Translations under genes and position numbers: made by a program | Assembly (NCBI GenBank): GCA_032249135.1 | Contig: JAVVGL010000001.1 | Span: 34,256-98,255 of the forward strand | Reading direction: 5' to 3' | DNA: 64,000 bases | DNA from: Candidatus Calescibacterium sp. | GTDB taxonomy: Bacteria; Calescibacteriota; Calescibacteriia; Calescibacteriales; Calescibacteriaceae | The notes under the pieces: model-generated | Seen by the model: the letters and a program-made list of their open reading frames with translations, nothing else | Told to the model about the DNA's origin: nothing | Database searches by the model: none | In this document: positions 19,847 through 28,626 of the stretch, one piece after another | How the letters are laid out: each line of letters opens with the position of its first letter | Numbering within the stretch: position 1 is the stretch's first letter

Positions 19847-20213
19847 TTAAAATTCAATTTCTAAATCCCTGATCAAATCTTCAATGCCTCTGTAAAGTTC
19901 GGGAATTTTTTCCTTTACTGTCTTCCATACAACTCTATAATCATGCCAAAATACTCATGAATTAGCTTATTCCTCATACCTACGATACTTTTCCATTTAA
20001 TTTTTGGGTATCTATTTCTGAACTCTATTGAAATATAACTCTATTGAAATATATTTCGCTCCTTCTCCAATTATCTCTAAAACTCTCACAAATGACCTTT
20101 TTAGCTCTCCATTTTAAATAAATTCTTCTTCATAACTTAAATTCGCACTTTTACTTATTAGATATTCGCATCCACTTTTTATGTCTAAAAGGTAATCTCT
20201 TAATTTCTCTCAT
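19847..20213 (-). pseudogene. Degraded HepT (DUF86, HEPN-type) toxin gene
   Basis: Piecing frames on the minus strand gives MRE(+1 A)[54 protein letters not shown][16-bp duplication]FRNRYPKIKWKSIVGMRNKLIHEYFG(-1)DYRVVWKTVKEKIPELYRGIEDLIRDLEIEF*. It contains the RNxLxH catalytic motif. 367 nt minus 16, minus 1, plus 1 equals 351 nt, i.e. 117 codons. Confidence 0.7.
20021..20052. repeat. Perfect 16-bp tandem duplication (aactctattgaaatat x2) inside the HepT pseudogene
   Basis: Read directly: 20021..20036 equals 20037..20052. Confidence 0.95.
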
Positions 20214-20397
20214 ATATACTCTACTTCATGACTTCATGTAAAATATATTCATATCTCCACAACTTAAAAATTTTAATTCTTTTCTCACTACAATTGAAAA
20301 ATAAGTGATATTAAACAAAAAAAGAATTCAGCTATTCGTTAATTGAAAATCCTGAACTTAAAATTAATAAAAGGGAGGAAGGAAAAAGAAGAAATAA

Positions 20398-21636
20398 ATG
20401 ATAGGTCTCACAAAACTTATAACACAAAGAGAAAGTCCATCTGATAGACTAAGATATGGGGATGTGGATGGTAAAACTAAAACTCATAAGTTTGAAGATA
20501 ATGGTGTATATAGACCGGTTGTTGTTTTCAATATAGCATCCGCCTGCAATCTTGCGTGTCAGCACTGCTACTATTCTGCAAGGTATCAGCCCCTACCAGA
20601 TGAACTTTCAACACAAGAAATTTTCGGTGTAATAGACGATCTTTCAGAGCTCCAAGTTCCGGTAGTTCTTGTGTCAGGAGGGGAACCTCTAATGAAAAAA
20701 GATATTTTCACAATACTTGAATATTTTAATTTCAAAGGAATTGAAACAGCTCTCTCAACAAATGGAACTCTTATAAAACCGTGGAACATAGATAAAATAA
20801 AAAAATCAGGAGTGGGATATGTTGGTATATCAATAGATGGTCCCGAAAACATTCACGATAATTTCAGAGGTAAAAAAGGAGCATTCAGGATGGCATCAGA
20901 GGCAATAGATATATGCATAGAAAACAATATAAGGACTTCTGTAAGACTAACTTTGACAAGATATAACAAAGACTATCTTTTTGACATCATAGATTGGGCG
21001 GAAGAAAAAAAAGTAAATAGATTCTGCATATATCATCTTGTAGCAACTGGCAGGGGCAAAGACATAAAAGACGCCACTCTAACTCCGGAAGAAACAAGAG
21101 AAATTATAAAAAAAGTAATAGAAAAAGCAGAAAGATTGAGGATGGAGATACTCACAGTAGATAATCCAGCTGACGGAATTTTCATACTCGCAGAACTTAT
21201 AAGGAGAGGAGAAATTGAGAAAGCAAAAAAAGTATTCAAAATGCTAAAAAGCCAAAAGGGGGACGGAACAGGAAAAAGAATAGCTGTTATAGCTCATAAC
21301 GGAAATGTCCACCTTTCACAATTTTGGCTTACAGAAAAAATAGGAAATGTCAGAGAAGAAAAATTTTCAAGAATATGGAACGATAATTCCAATCCAATAC
21401 TAAAATACTTGCGTGAGAAAGTAAGGGAAGAGCTTGAAGGAAAATGTGGAATATGTCCTGTAAAAAATTTGTGCGGAGGTTTCAGACCGAGAGCATACGC
21501 ATATACTGGGAAAATAAATTCATCGGACCCGCTATGCTACATAAATCAAGATGATATGAAAACAATAACAGAATTCATAAGAAGAGAAATAGGAATAGAA
21601 GAAGAAAAATTATTAGAAGAAAAAAGAGCAAATTAA
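20398..21636 (+). CDS. Radical SAM enzyme with SPASM-type C-terminus, NirJ/AhbC/AhbD-like (paralog 2)
   Basis: SACNLACQHCYY. N-terminal LTKLITQRESPSDRLRYG resembles NirJ/Ahb-type enzymes as I remember them. C-terminal GKCGICPVKNLCGGFRPRAYAYTGKINSSDPLC. Confidence 0.8.
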   Translation: MIGLTKLITQRESPSDRLRYGDVDGKTKTHKFEDNGVYRPVVVFNIASACNLACQHCYYSARYQPLPDELSTQEIFGVIDDLSELQVPVVLVSGGEPLMKKDIFTILEYFNFKGIETALSTNGTLIKPWNIDKIKKSGVGYVGISIDGPENIHDNFRGKKGAFRMASEAIDICIENNIRTSVRLTLTRYNKDYLFDIIDWAEEKKVNRFCIYHLVATGRGKDIKDATLTPEETREIIKKVIEKAERLRMEILTVDNPADGIFILAELIRRGEIEKAKKVFKMLKSQKGDGTGKRIAVIAHNGNVHLSQFWLTEKIGNVREEKFSRIWNDNSNPILKYLREKVREELEGKCGICPVKNLCGGFRPRAYAYTGKINSSDPLCYINQDDMKTITEFIRREIGIEEEKLLEEKRAN

Positions 21637-21666
21637 TCAAGTAAGAAAAGGGAAAAATTTTCAGTT

Positions 21667-23079
21667 ATGTGTGGAATAGTAGGAATATATGGAATACAAG
21701 AAGCTGTAAGATATACGCTTTTAGGGCTCCACGCTCTACAACATAGGGGACAGGAAGGTGTAGGAGTAGCATGGGTAGATGGTGATAAAATTCACACCGA
21801 AAAATCTTTGGGATTAGTTTCAGATTTTGCAAGGAAAATAAAGTATCCCAGAGAAAGTCAAATAGCCGTTGGACATATCCGATACTCAACATCAGGAAAA
21901 GCTGATATTATGAATATTCAACCAGTAGTTATTAATGGATTTGAAATAAAAACCGCAATATGCCATAATGGGAACTTTGTTAATTTCTTCTCTCTGAGAA
22001 AATCGCTTGAAGAAAATGGAGCTGTTTTCACAACAGATATGGATACGGAAGTTCTCGCACATCTTATAATGGGAGCAAAAGGAGATTTTCTAACTCGTTT
22101 GCTCTTTGCTCTCGGAAAAGTAAAAGGAGCTTACTCACTCGTTATCATGACTCCTGATTCACTCTACGGTATAAGAGACCCTTTTGGTTTCAGACCCTTA
22201 TGTTTAGGTAGGATAAAAAACGCATATGTGATAGCGTCTGAAACTTGCGCACTTGATGTAATAGGAGCAGAATTCATAAGAGAAATTGAACCTGGGGAAA
22301 TAGTAAAAATCTCAAAAGATGGCATAGAATCAGAAAAAATAAAAAAGCAAAATCCACAACAAAAAAGAGAATGCATTTTTGAGCTGATATACTTTGCAAG
22401 ACCAGATTCAATTGTGTTCCAAAAACAAGTTTGGGAAGTAAGAAAAGAGCTGGGCAGAATGCTCGCAAAAGAACATCCCTGCGAAGATGCAGACATAGTA
22501 ACACCAGTTCCTGATTCTGGACTTTTCGCGGCAATGGGATACGCAGAAGAATCTAAAATTCCATTTTTTTACGCTCTTACAAGAAGCCACTATATCGGAA
22601 GAACTTTTATAGAACCATCATCATCTGAAAGAAAGGAGGAAGTAAGATTGAAGCTCAACCCAATAAAAGGAGTTGTCCAGGGGAAAAAGATTGTTCTTGT
22701 AGATGATTCAATTGTAAGAGGAACAACTTCAAGGAAAATAGTAAAAATGCTCAAAGACGCAGGGGCAAAGGAAGTACATATGAGAATTTCTTCGCCTCCC
22801 ATAAAGTTTCCTTGCTACTATGGAATAGACACACCATCAAAAGGAGAACTTATAGCTTCATCGCATTCCATAGAAGAAATAAAAAATTTCATAGGTTGCG
22901 ATTCCTTAGGGTACCTTAGTGTTGAGGGAATGCTCAAAGCGGTAGAAAACTCATTAGGTAATGAACCAGGAAAATTAGAAAAACCTAGTTTCTGCACAGC
23001 GTGCTTTACGGGAGACTATCCTATCCCACCTGAGGACTCCGAATTTATAATGCAACTGAGATTGTTCAGAGATTTTTAG
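21667..23079 (+). CDS. purF: Amidophosphoribosyltransferase
   Basis: MCGIVGIYG (N-terminal nucleophile Cys), HIRYSTSG, and VLVDDSIVRGTTSRKIV PRPP loop. C-terminal Cys ligands (CYYGID, FCTACFTGDYP) suggest the Fe-S type. Confidence 0.95.
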   Translation: MCGIVGIYGIQEAVRYTLLGLHALQHRGQEGVGVAWVDGDKIHTEKSLGLVSDFARKIKYPRESQIAVGHIRYSTSGKADIMNIQPVVINGFEIKTAICHNGNFVNFFSLRKSLEENGAVFTTDMDTEVLAHLIMGAKGDFLTRLLFALGKVKGAYSLVIMTPDSLYGIRDPFGFRPLCLGRIKNAYVIASETCALDVIGAEFIREIEPGEIVKISKDGIESEKIKKQNPQQKRECIFELIYFARPDSIVFQKQVWEVRKELGRMLAKEHPCEDADIVTPVPDSGLFAAMGYAEESKIPFFYALTRSHYIGRTFIEPSSSERKEEVRLKLNPIKGVVQGKKIVLVDDSIVRGTTSRKIVKMLKDAGAKEVHMRISSPPIKFPCYYGIDTPSKGELIASSHSIEEIKNFIGCDSLGYLSVEGMLKAVENSLGNEPGKLEKPSFCTACFTGDYPIPPEDSEFIMQLRLFRDF

Positions 23080-23140
23080 CCCTCATAAACTGAATTTGGA
23101 AAAAATATCGTGAGGAAGTCCAATATTTAACTTAAATGAT

Positions 23141-24472
23141 ATGGTTGCAAGTTTTAGAAAATATTTATTCTTAATAATACCATTATTTTTTGCATTGAAT
23201 TCATTGTGTAGCAGCAGCAATCAAGATGAAAATAATCCTACCGGTCAGAAGATTGATTGCAAAGAAGATAACCCAAACATCGTAAAAGTCATCACAATAA
23301 CGCCAGAGAAAATATGGACAAATACACGAATAACTTTAAAAAAAGGCTACGACATAATAATAGAGATTGATGATGAGAGAGCTTTGGGAGAAGAAGAAGT
23401 GGATTTTTCAAATCCGGTCCCGTTTGCCGGCAAAAAAGCAGTAATATACAAAATAGGAGAAGATGGTATCCCACAACCTGTTGGTCAAAAAGCATATATA
23501 ACCGCAGGAGCAGAAGATGAAAATAAAAACTTGTTTTTGGGCTGGAACACAAGAGAACCTCTTATAAGGCAAGTGAAAAATGAAAAGGGAGAAGGAGTCA
23601 AAGAAAAGCCCCAACCTATAACTGCAACGGTGAAAATTTTCATTCCAGAAACAGATAAAGTTGTAAGAAGAGTCGCTCTTTATGCACCTCGAAATAATTT
23701 TTGGACAAACGAAACAAACCCAAGATTTTACTGGGACCCACAAGATAACGCAATAAGATATATCTTTCAAATTTCTGATTACCCGGATTTCAGAAGAATA
23801 GTTGAAACTGTTGAAATATCTGCTTCCGGGGGGCAGGTGAATCCAATATCTACAATAGGCGGAGGAGTTGGTCAGGTTCAATTTAATCTTCAAGAAGGAA
23901 TATACTGGTGGAGAGTAATAGCTCAGATAAATTTGGGGAGATCATTAAATCCCGTTCCAGTTTGGACATGCTGGGCTCACCCATTCAGACTCGGAGTTGA
24001 ACTTGGAACTCCACCTCAACCCGCAGAAATCATATCACCAAAAAAAGAAGATGTCTTCAAAGTCGGGGATACGATAAACTTTGAATTCACAGTCCAAGAT
24101 GACCCTTCTTTTGTTTTTTGGAGAATAAGGCATGTAGTATCTGAATGCGACCAACAACCATCTATAAATCCTAACGATCCAAACTCCGGCAACCCTACTC
24201 CCTGGCATGTATTCCAAAGGAGACTTGGAGAAGGGAATTTGAAAGAACTTCCAAAACTTGTTGCTTCTTACAAATATGAGAACCTTGAAAGAGGTAATCA
24301 CCTTTTCAGAATTGAGGTTAAAGACTCATCAGATACAACAGGCGTTAGCATAAGAACGACAGATTATAGAACATCAGTTGAATGTGAAAAAACACAAGAA
24401 TCTCAACAAGGCACAACACAACCAACCTCTCAACAAGGTACAACTCAGCCACCAACAGGTGGAGGTCAATAA
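23141..24472 (+). CDS. Secreted/lipoprotein of unknown function with Gln/Thr-rich C-terminal repeat
   Basis: Signal peptide LIIPLFFALNSLCSSS. Repeated pattern NPRFYWDP...YIFQISDYPDFRRIV...LQEGIYWWRVIAQ is Ig/FN3-like. C-terminal SQQGTTQPT/SQQGTTQPP. Confidence 0.55.
   Translation: MVASFRKYLFLIIPLFFALNSLCSSSNQDENNPTGQKIDCKEDNPNIVKVITITPEKIWTNTRITLKKGYDIIIEIDDERALGEEEVDFSNPVPFAGKKAVIYKIGEDGIPQPVGQKAYITAGAEDENKNLFLGWNTREPLIRQVKNEKGEGVKEKPQPITATVKIFIPETDKVVRRVALYAPRNNFWTNETNPRFYWDPQDNAIRYIFQISDYPDFRRIVETVEISASGGQVNPISTIGGGVGQVQFNLQEGIYWWRVIAQINLGRSLNPVPVWTCWAHPFRLGVELGTPPQPAEIISPKKEDVFKVGDTINFEFTVQDDPSFVFWRIRHVVSECDQQPSINPNDPNSGNPTPWHVFQRRLGEGNLKELPKLVASYKYENLERGNHLFRIEVKDSSDTTGVSIRTTDYRTSVECEKTQESQQGTTQPTSQQGTTQPPTGGGQ
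24401..24454 (+). repeat. Intragenic 27-bp x2 tandem repeat (SQQGTTQPT / SQQGTTQPP)
   Basis: tctcaacaaggcacaacacaaccaacc / tctcaacaaggtacaactcagccacca read directly. Confidence 0.8.
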
Positions 24473-24484
24473 GGAAGGGGATAT

Positions 24485-25249
24485 TTAGGCTGATAAGAAA
24501 AGTTTTTTGAAGTTGTGCTCAACAACTCTTGAAACCTCATAAAAATCAATATTTTTTATTTGAGCAATTTTTTCAACAACATACTTTACAAATGCTGGCT
24601 CATTTTCTTTTTTACCTCTGAAGGGTTTCGGAGTTAAAAATGGAGCGTCTGTTTCTGTTAGTATATATTCAAGAGGAGTTTCTTTGGCAACATCTTGAAT
24701 GTCGTTACTGAAAGTCAAAATACCGGAAAAAGATATGAAAAAACCTTTTTCAGTAGCTGACTTCATCTCATCTTTTCCCCAAGTAAAACAATGAAAAACA
24801 GCTTTTACTTTACTATGTGATAGTATATCAAGAGCAATTGAGAAAGCAGAATTTCCCTTGTAAGAGCCCCTTGTATGAACAACAACTGGCTTTTTCAGTT
24901 TCTCTGCGATTTCAACATGCCTTTCAAAAATTTTGATTTGCAAATCTGGATTATCTCCTTTGAAAAAGTCAAGCCCGGTTTCCCCGATTGCAACTATTTT
25001 TTTTGTTTCTTGATTTTCCTTAATAATTTCTTCAATTTCTTCTACTTTATCAAAATCTTGTTTTTGAAGAGGATGAATTCCGCAAGCTAAAAACACATTC
25101 TCAAAATTTGAAAAATCAAGAAGTTTTCTGCTATCATCAACTCCGATTCCGCAACACAGAATGAAATTTACTCCTTCTGCCTTTGCATTTTTTATAACTT
25201 CTTCTGGACTTTTTGAAATGAGCTGAATGTGAGCGTGGGAATCTACCAT
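24485..25249 (-). CDS. tatD: TatD family metal-dependent hydrolase (DNase)
   Basis: MVDSHAHI start typical of TatD; also ETGLDF, VVHTRG and TDAPFL. The listed ORF starts further upstream at a TTG (25297), overlapping the secY stop. I prefer ATG 25249. Confidence 0.85.
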   Translation of the reverse strand: MVDSHAHIQLISKSPEEVIKNAKAEGVNFILCCGIGVDDSRKLLDFSNFENVFLACGIHPLQKQDFDKVEEIEEIIKENQETKKIVAIGETGLDFFKGDNPDLQIKIFERHVEIAEKLKKPVVVHTRGSYKGNSAFSIALDILSHSKVKAVFHCFTWGKDEMKSATEKGFFISFSGILTFSNDIQDVAKETPLEYILTETDAPFLTPKPFRGKKENEPAFVKYVVEKIAQIKNIDFYEVSRVVEHNFKKLFLSA

Positions 25250-25293
25250 AGTGAGAATTACCAAAAAACTGTTTAACCTATTTTCTAAAACTA

Positions 25294-26613
25294 TCAATAA
25301 ACCGTTCTGCCCCTTATGAGAGGTTCTCTTCCGAAAAGTCCTTCATAGCTTGAAGTGTAAAGTATTGCTTCAATTTGTCTTATTGTGTCCATAGCTACTC
25401 CGATGACTATAAGGAGAGCGGTTCCTCCAAATCTGAAAGGTAAATTTAATCCACCTATAAAGAAAGTTGGAAGTACACAAATAAGTCCGACATATATGCC
25501 TCCTACAAATGTAAGACGTGTTATAATTCTATCAAGGTATTCAGCTGTTTGATTTCCCGGTCTCACCCCTGGGATGAAAGCTCCTGCCTTCTGCAAATTC
25601 TCAGCAATATCGTAAGGATTAAAAATTATGCCAGTGTAAAAGAACGCAAAAAATATAATAAGAACAAAGTAGATAATGTTGTAAGCGGGAGAAAGAGGAT
25701 GAAGGAAGTTAGCAATTTTGATAGCAATTTCATTCCGAGAAAAAGTAGCAATAGTTAAAGGGAACATAAGCAAAGATGATGCAAATATTGGTGGAATAAC
25801 TCCTGAAATATTCACTTTTATCGGCAGATATGAAGAAACTCCTCCTGCGATTTTTCTTCCTAAAATTCTTGTAGCATACTGAATTGGAACTTTTCTATAT
25901 GAGCCTTCTATATAGACTATAAGGGCAACTACAACCACCATAATAATTCCTCCCATAATCAGGTTCATGGGATCAAGCTCTCCAAGACGCATCAAAGTTA
26001 TGACATTCCCTAAATTCCCAGGAAGTCGGGCGACAATTCCCGTAAATATTATGAGTGAGACACCGTTGCCAATTCCTTTACGAGTTATCTGCTCACCTAT
26101 CCAAAGCAAGGACATAGTTCCAATAGACAAAATTATCCCGCTTGATATTCTAAAAAATAGACCTCCCGTGAGAGCGATTGATCCAGCGCCGGTAAGCGTA
26201 GTTTCCAAAGATAGCGCCCAGAACATTCCCTGGAAAAAACTCAAAACAACTGTGAGGTATCGTGTATATTGATTTATTTTCTGTCTTCCTAACTCGCCTT
26301 GCTTTTTGAGTTCTTGCAACTTCGGAAAAACTGTACTCATTATCTCCATTATAATTGATGATGTAATATATGGCATAACACCAAGAGCAAAAATAGAAGC
26401 GTTCTCCATAGCCCCACCTGAGAATAAGTTGAAAAGACCGAGCAAAGTTCCTTCTGCTCTTGCAAAGAATTCTTTTAGAGCTGCAACATCAACTCCCGGC
26501 AAAGGTATAAATATTCCAAGCCTATAAATTGTAAGCATAGCCAATGTGAAAAGAAGACGATTTTTGAGCTCAGGAACTTTTGGCAAAGATACTATACCAG
26601 CTGGTCTCTGCAT
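25294..26613 (-). CDS. secY: Preprotein translocase subunit SecY
   Basis: GIFIPLPGVD, LGVMPYITSSIIMEI and GGTALLIVIGVAMDT. 439 aa with about 10 TM segments. Confidence 0.96.
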   Translation of the reverse strand: MQRPAGIVSLPKVPELKNRLLFTLAMLTIYRLGIFIPLPGVDVAALKEFFARAEGTLLGLFNLFSGGAMENASIFALGVMPYITSSIIMEIMSTVFPKLQELKKQGELGRQKINQYTRYLTVVLSFFQGMFWALSLETTLTGAGSIALTGGLFFRISSGIILSIGTMSLLWIGEQITRKGIGNGVSLIIFTGIVARLPGNLGNVITLMRLGELDPMNLIMGGIIMVVVVALIVYIEGSYRKVPIQYATRILGRKIAGGVSSYLPIKVNISGVIPPIFASSLLMFPLTIATFSRNEIAIKIANFLHPLSPAYNIIYFVLIIFFAFFYTGIIFNPYDIAENLQKAGAFIPGVRPGNQTAEYLDRIITRLTFVGGIYVGLICVLPTFFIGGLNLPFRFGGTALLIVIGVAMDTIRQIEAILYTSSYEGLFGREPLIRGRTVY

Positions 26614-26753
26614 AGATGAAAAAGTAATGTCCTAAATTCTCTTTTGTATTTAGCCAAAAAAATCAGAAATTCCAGAGAAAAGAAAAAGTTGGATTAAAAT
26701 AATAAAATAAAAAAAAGATATATTTTCTTTCTTTTCTTTTTTCAGAGAAAGGA

Positions 26754-26829
26754 GCCAAGGTAGCTCAGGTGGTAGAGCGGGTGCCTTGTAAGCACCAGGT
26801 CGTGGGTTCGAATCCCACCCTTGGCTCCA
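26754..26829 (+). tRNA. tRNA-Thr (anticodon UGU), CCA encoded
   Basis: Hand-folded cloverleaf: GCCAAGG-TA-GCTC-AGGTGGTA-GAGC-G-GGTGC-CTTGTAA-GCACC-AGGTC-GTGGG-TTCGAAT-CCCAC-CCTTGGC-T-CCA, 76 nt. All stems are Watson-Crick. The anticodon loop CT-TGT-AA gives TGT. Confidence 0.93.
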
Positions 26830-26846
26830 ACTTAGCTCAAAATCAG

Positions 26847-27257
26847 ATGGTCACATTCTCAAAAACCTTTGAAGTGAAATCATCAAAGAGAATACAAAGC
26901 GTAGATATAACTTCTGAAATACAAAAGATAATTTCAGAAAGCGGCATAAAAGATGGAATAATAACCATTTTCATTCCTCACACAACTTGCGGAGTATTCA
27001 TAAACGAAAATTGGGACCCAACGGTCCAAGAGGACATACATTCTTTCCTATCAAAAAATATACCTCAAAACGGAAATTACGCTCATACAGAAGGAAATGC
27101 AGATGCTCACATAAAAACAGCTATAATAGGAAACTCCGTATCAATACCGATAAATGATGGAAAAATTCCTTGGGGAACATGGCAAGGCATTTTTCTTGCA
27201 GAATTTGACGGTCCAAGAAAAAGAAAAGTAATAGTGAAAATAATAGGGGTAAAATAA
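26847..27257 (+). CDS. YjbQ/UPF0047 family protein (secondary thiamine-phosphate synthase-type)
   Basis: MVTFSKTFEVKSSKRIQSVDITSEI..., IPHTTCGVFINENWDP, HTEGNADAHIK and GTWQGIFLAEFDGPRKR. The listed ORF start 26769 runs through the tRNA and is rejected. Confidence 0.85.
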   Translation: MVTFSKTFEVKSSKRIQSVDITSEIQKIISESGIKDGIITIFIPHTTCGVFINENWDPTVQEDIHSFLSKNIPQNGNYAHTEGNADAHIKTAIIGNSVSIPINDGKIPWGTWQGIFLAEFDGPRKRKVIVKIIGVK

Positions 27258-27278
27258 ACTGTTATTTTCTAAAAAATG

Positions 27279-27977
27279 CTATTTCTGAGGCTTTTCAATT
27301 GCATGAATTATATCTTTTATTTTCTCTTCAAGAATTCTTATATCCGCCTCCGACCAACCCGATTTAGAATAAAAAGACATAATATCTTTTATAGCTTCAA
27401 ATCTCCGGGAAGACAGAAGTTTCCCTAATCTTTCTCTGATGTCAGGCGGAGAAGCACAAAGAGATAAAGCTATTTCCTTCTCACTAAGATACCCCATAAT
27501 CTTTGGTAGCTTATCGTCTGGAATCTCTTTGAAAATCCGCAAAGCAGGTAAATTCTCATTAGAAGTCCTTGAAATAGCTGGATCCACAGTAGCAGCAGTA
27601 TTAGGATTTTCTGACACATCAGACTTTTCAGTCCGTGCTCCTAATTCAGTTGCTTTAGCAAGCCTCTCAGCAAGATTTTTTATTATAGCTTTTGCAGTTT
27701 TTGGGAACTTTGATATTATCTCATCTATTCCTCCCTTATACACCACAACCTCTGAATCTTCCAGAGCAACGCATGTAGCAGTACGAGGTATACCTAAAAT
27801 TGCGCTTATTTCACCAATAGGAGAATTTGGCTGATTTATAACGCTCACAAGATTTTTCCCCTTATAAACTCCAACCTTACCGGATACTAAAAAAAATATG
27901 GATTTATCATTTTCTCCTTCCTTTATGATAATTTCACCTTTCTGATAAATCAGAGTACCCCTACTTGTCTTTTTCAT
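27279..27977 (-). CDS. cNMP-binding-like domain fused to a FliG_C/MgtE_N-like helical domain
   Basis: The N-terminal half (IIKEGENDKSIFFLVSGKVGVY...IGEISAILGIPRTATCVALEDSEVVVY) fits the cyclic-nucleotide-binding beta-roll (GE...R.A). The C-terminal half (LSEKEIALSLCASPPDIRERLGKLLSSRRFEAIKDIMSFYSKSGWSEADIRILEEKIKDIIHAIE) fits the FliG C-terminal/MgtE-N repeat pattern. Confidence 0.55.
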   Translation of the reverse strand: MKKTSRGTLIYQKGEIIIKEGENDKSIFFLVSGKVGVYKGKNLVSVINQPNSPIGEISAILGIPRTATCVALEDSEVVVYKGGIDEIISKFPKTAKAIIKNLAERLAKATELGARTEKSDVSENPNTAATVDPAISRTSNENLPALRIFKEIPDDKLPKIMGYLSEKEIALSLCASPPDIRERLGKLLSSRRFEAIKDIMSFYSKSGWSEADIRILEEKIKDIIHAIEKPQK

Positions 27978-28010
27978 AAGTTAAAAATTAATCAATTTTT
28001 ATAATTTTTG

Positions 28011-28589
28011 TTATGATGATTTACCTTCAGGTTCCCAAAGCAGCTCTTTGAAGCTTTTACCTCTCAACTTTGCTTGTAAAGATAAAGTTCTAAGCTTTGA
28101 GAAGGCATCAAAAGTAGCTTTTGTTAAGTTTATTGGATTATTTCCTCCGATTGATTTTGATAGAGCATTTTTAACTCCTGCAACATACAAGATGGCTTTG
28201 ACGACTCCTCCTGCCGTCAGACCTGTTCCGGGAGCTGCTGGTCTGAGTATAACGCGTGAGGTTCCAAATCTTCCTTCTACCTCATGAGGTATAGTTCCGT
28301 TCACCAAAGGAATAACCACCATATTTTTCTTTGCTGCATTTATAGCTTTTCTTACTGCTTCTGGCGCTTCCGGTGCTTTACCCATACCGTATCCAACAGC
28401 TCCTTTCATATTTCCAACAACACAAAATGCCATAAAAGAGAATCTTTTCCCTCCTTTTGTTACACGAGTGACACGAGATGTCATAAGGACCCTTTCTACT
28501 ATTTCATCATCTTCTTTTGGGATGTATCTTTCAAGGTATTTGTAGGCATTTCCTGCATACATTCTTCCTGCTTTTCCCCATTTTCCCAT
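28011..28589 (-). CDS. rpsE: 30S ribosomal protein S5
   Basis: VTRVTKGGKRFSFMAFCVVGNMKGAVGYGMGKAPEAPEAVRKA and ILRPAAPGTGLTAGG. N- and C-terminal extensions relative to typical S5. Confidence 0.92.
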   Translation of the reverse strand: MGKWGKAGRMYAGNAYKYLERYIPKEDDEIVERVLMTSRVTRVTKGGKRFSFMAFCVVGNMKGAVGYGMGKAPEAPEAVRKAINAAKKNMVVIPLVNGTIPHEVEGRFGTSRVILRPAAPGTGLTAGGVVKAILYVAGVKNALSKSIGGNNPINLTKATFDAFSKLRTLSLQAKLRGKSFKELLWEPEGKSS

Positions 28590-28626
28590 AAACTTAACCC
28601 TCCTTTAAAAATAAATTTTTAAAATT

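Noticed and set aside
20228-20308. 26-aa ORF MTSCKIYSYLHNLKILILFSLQLKNK, considered as a possible RiPP precursor for the flanking rSAM/SPASM enzymes
   Set aside because: No SD and no Cys/Gly/Ser-rich core. It lies in sequence best explained as debris upstream of the HepT pseudogene.
26769-26846. N-terminal 26 codons of the listed 162-aa ORF (MVERVPCKHQVVGSNPTLGSN...)
   Set aside because: This stretch is the tRNA-Thr gene read as protein. The YjbQ homology starts at Met 26847.
26614-27977. Integrative element inserted at tRNA-Thr
   Set aside because: No integrase. I found no direct repeat of the tRNA 3' end downstream. The cargo is only yjbQ and the cNMP/FliG_C-like gene.
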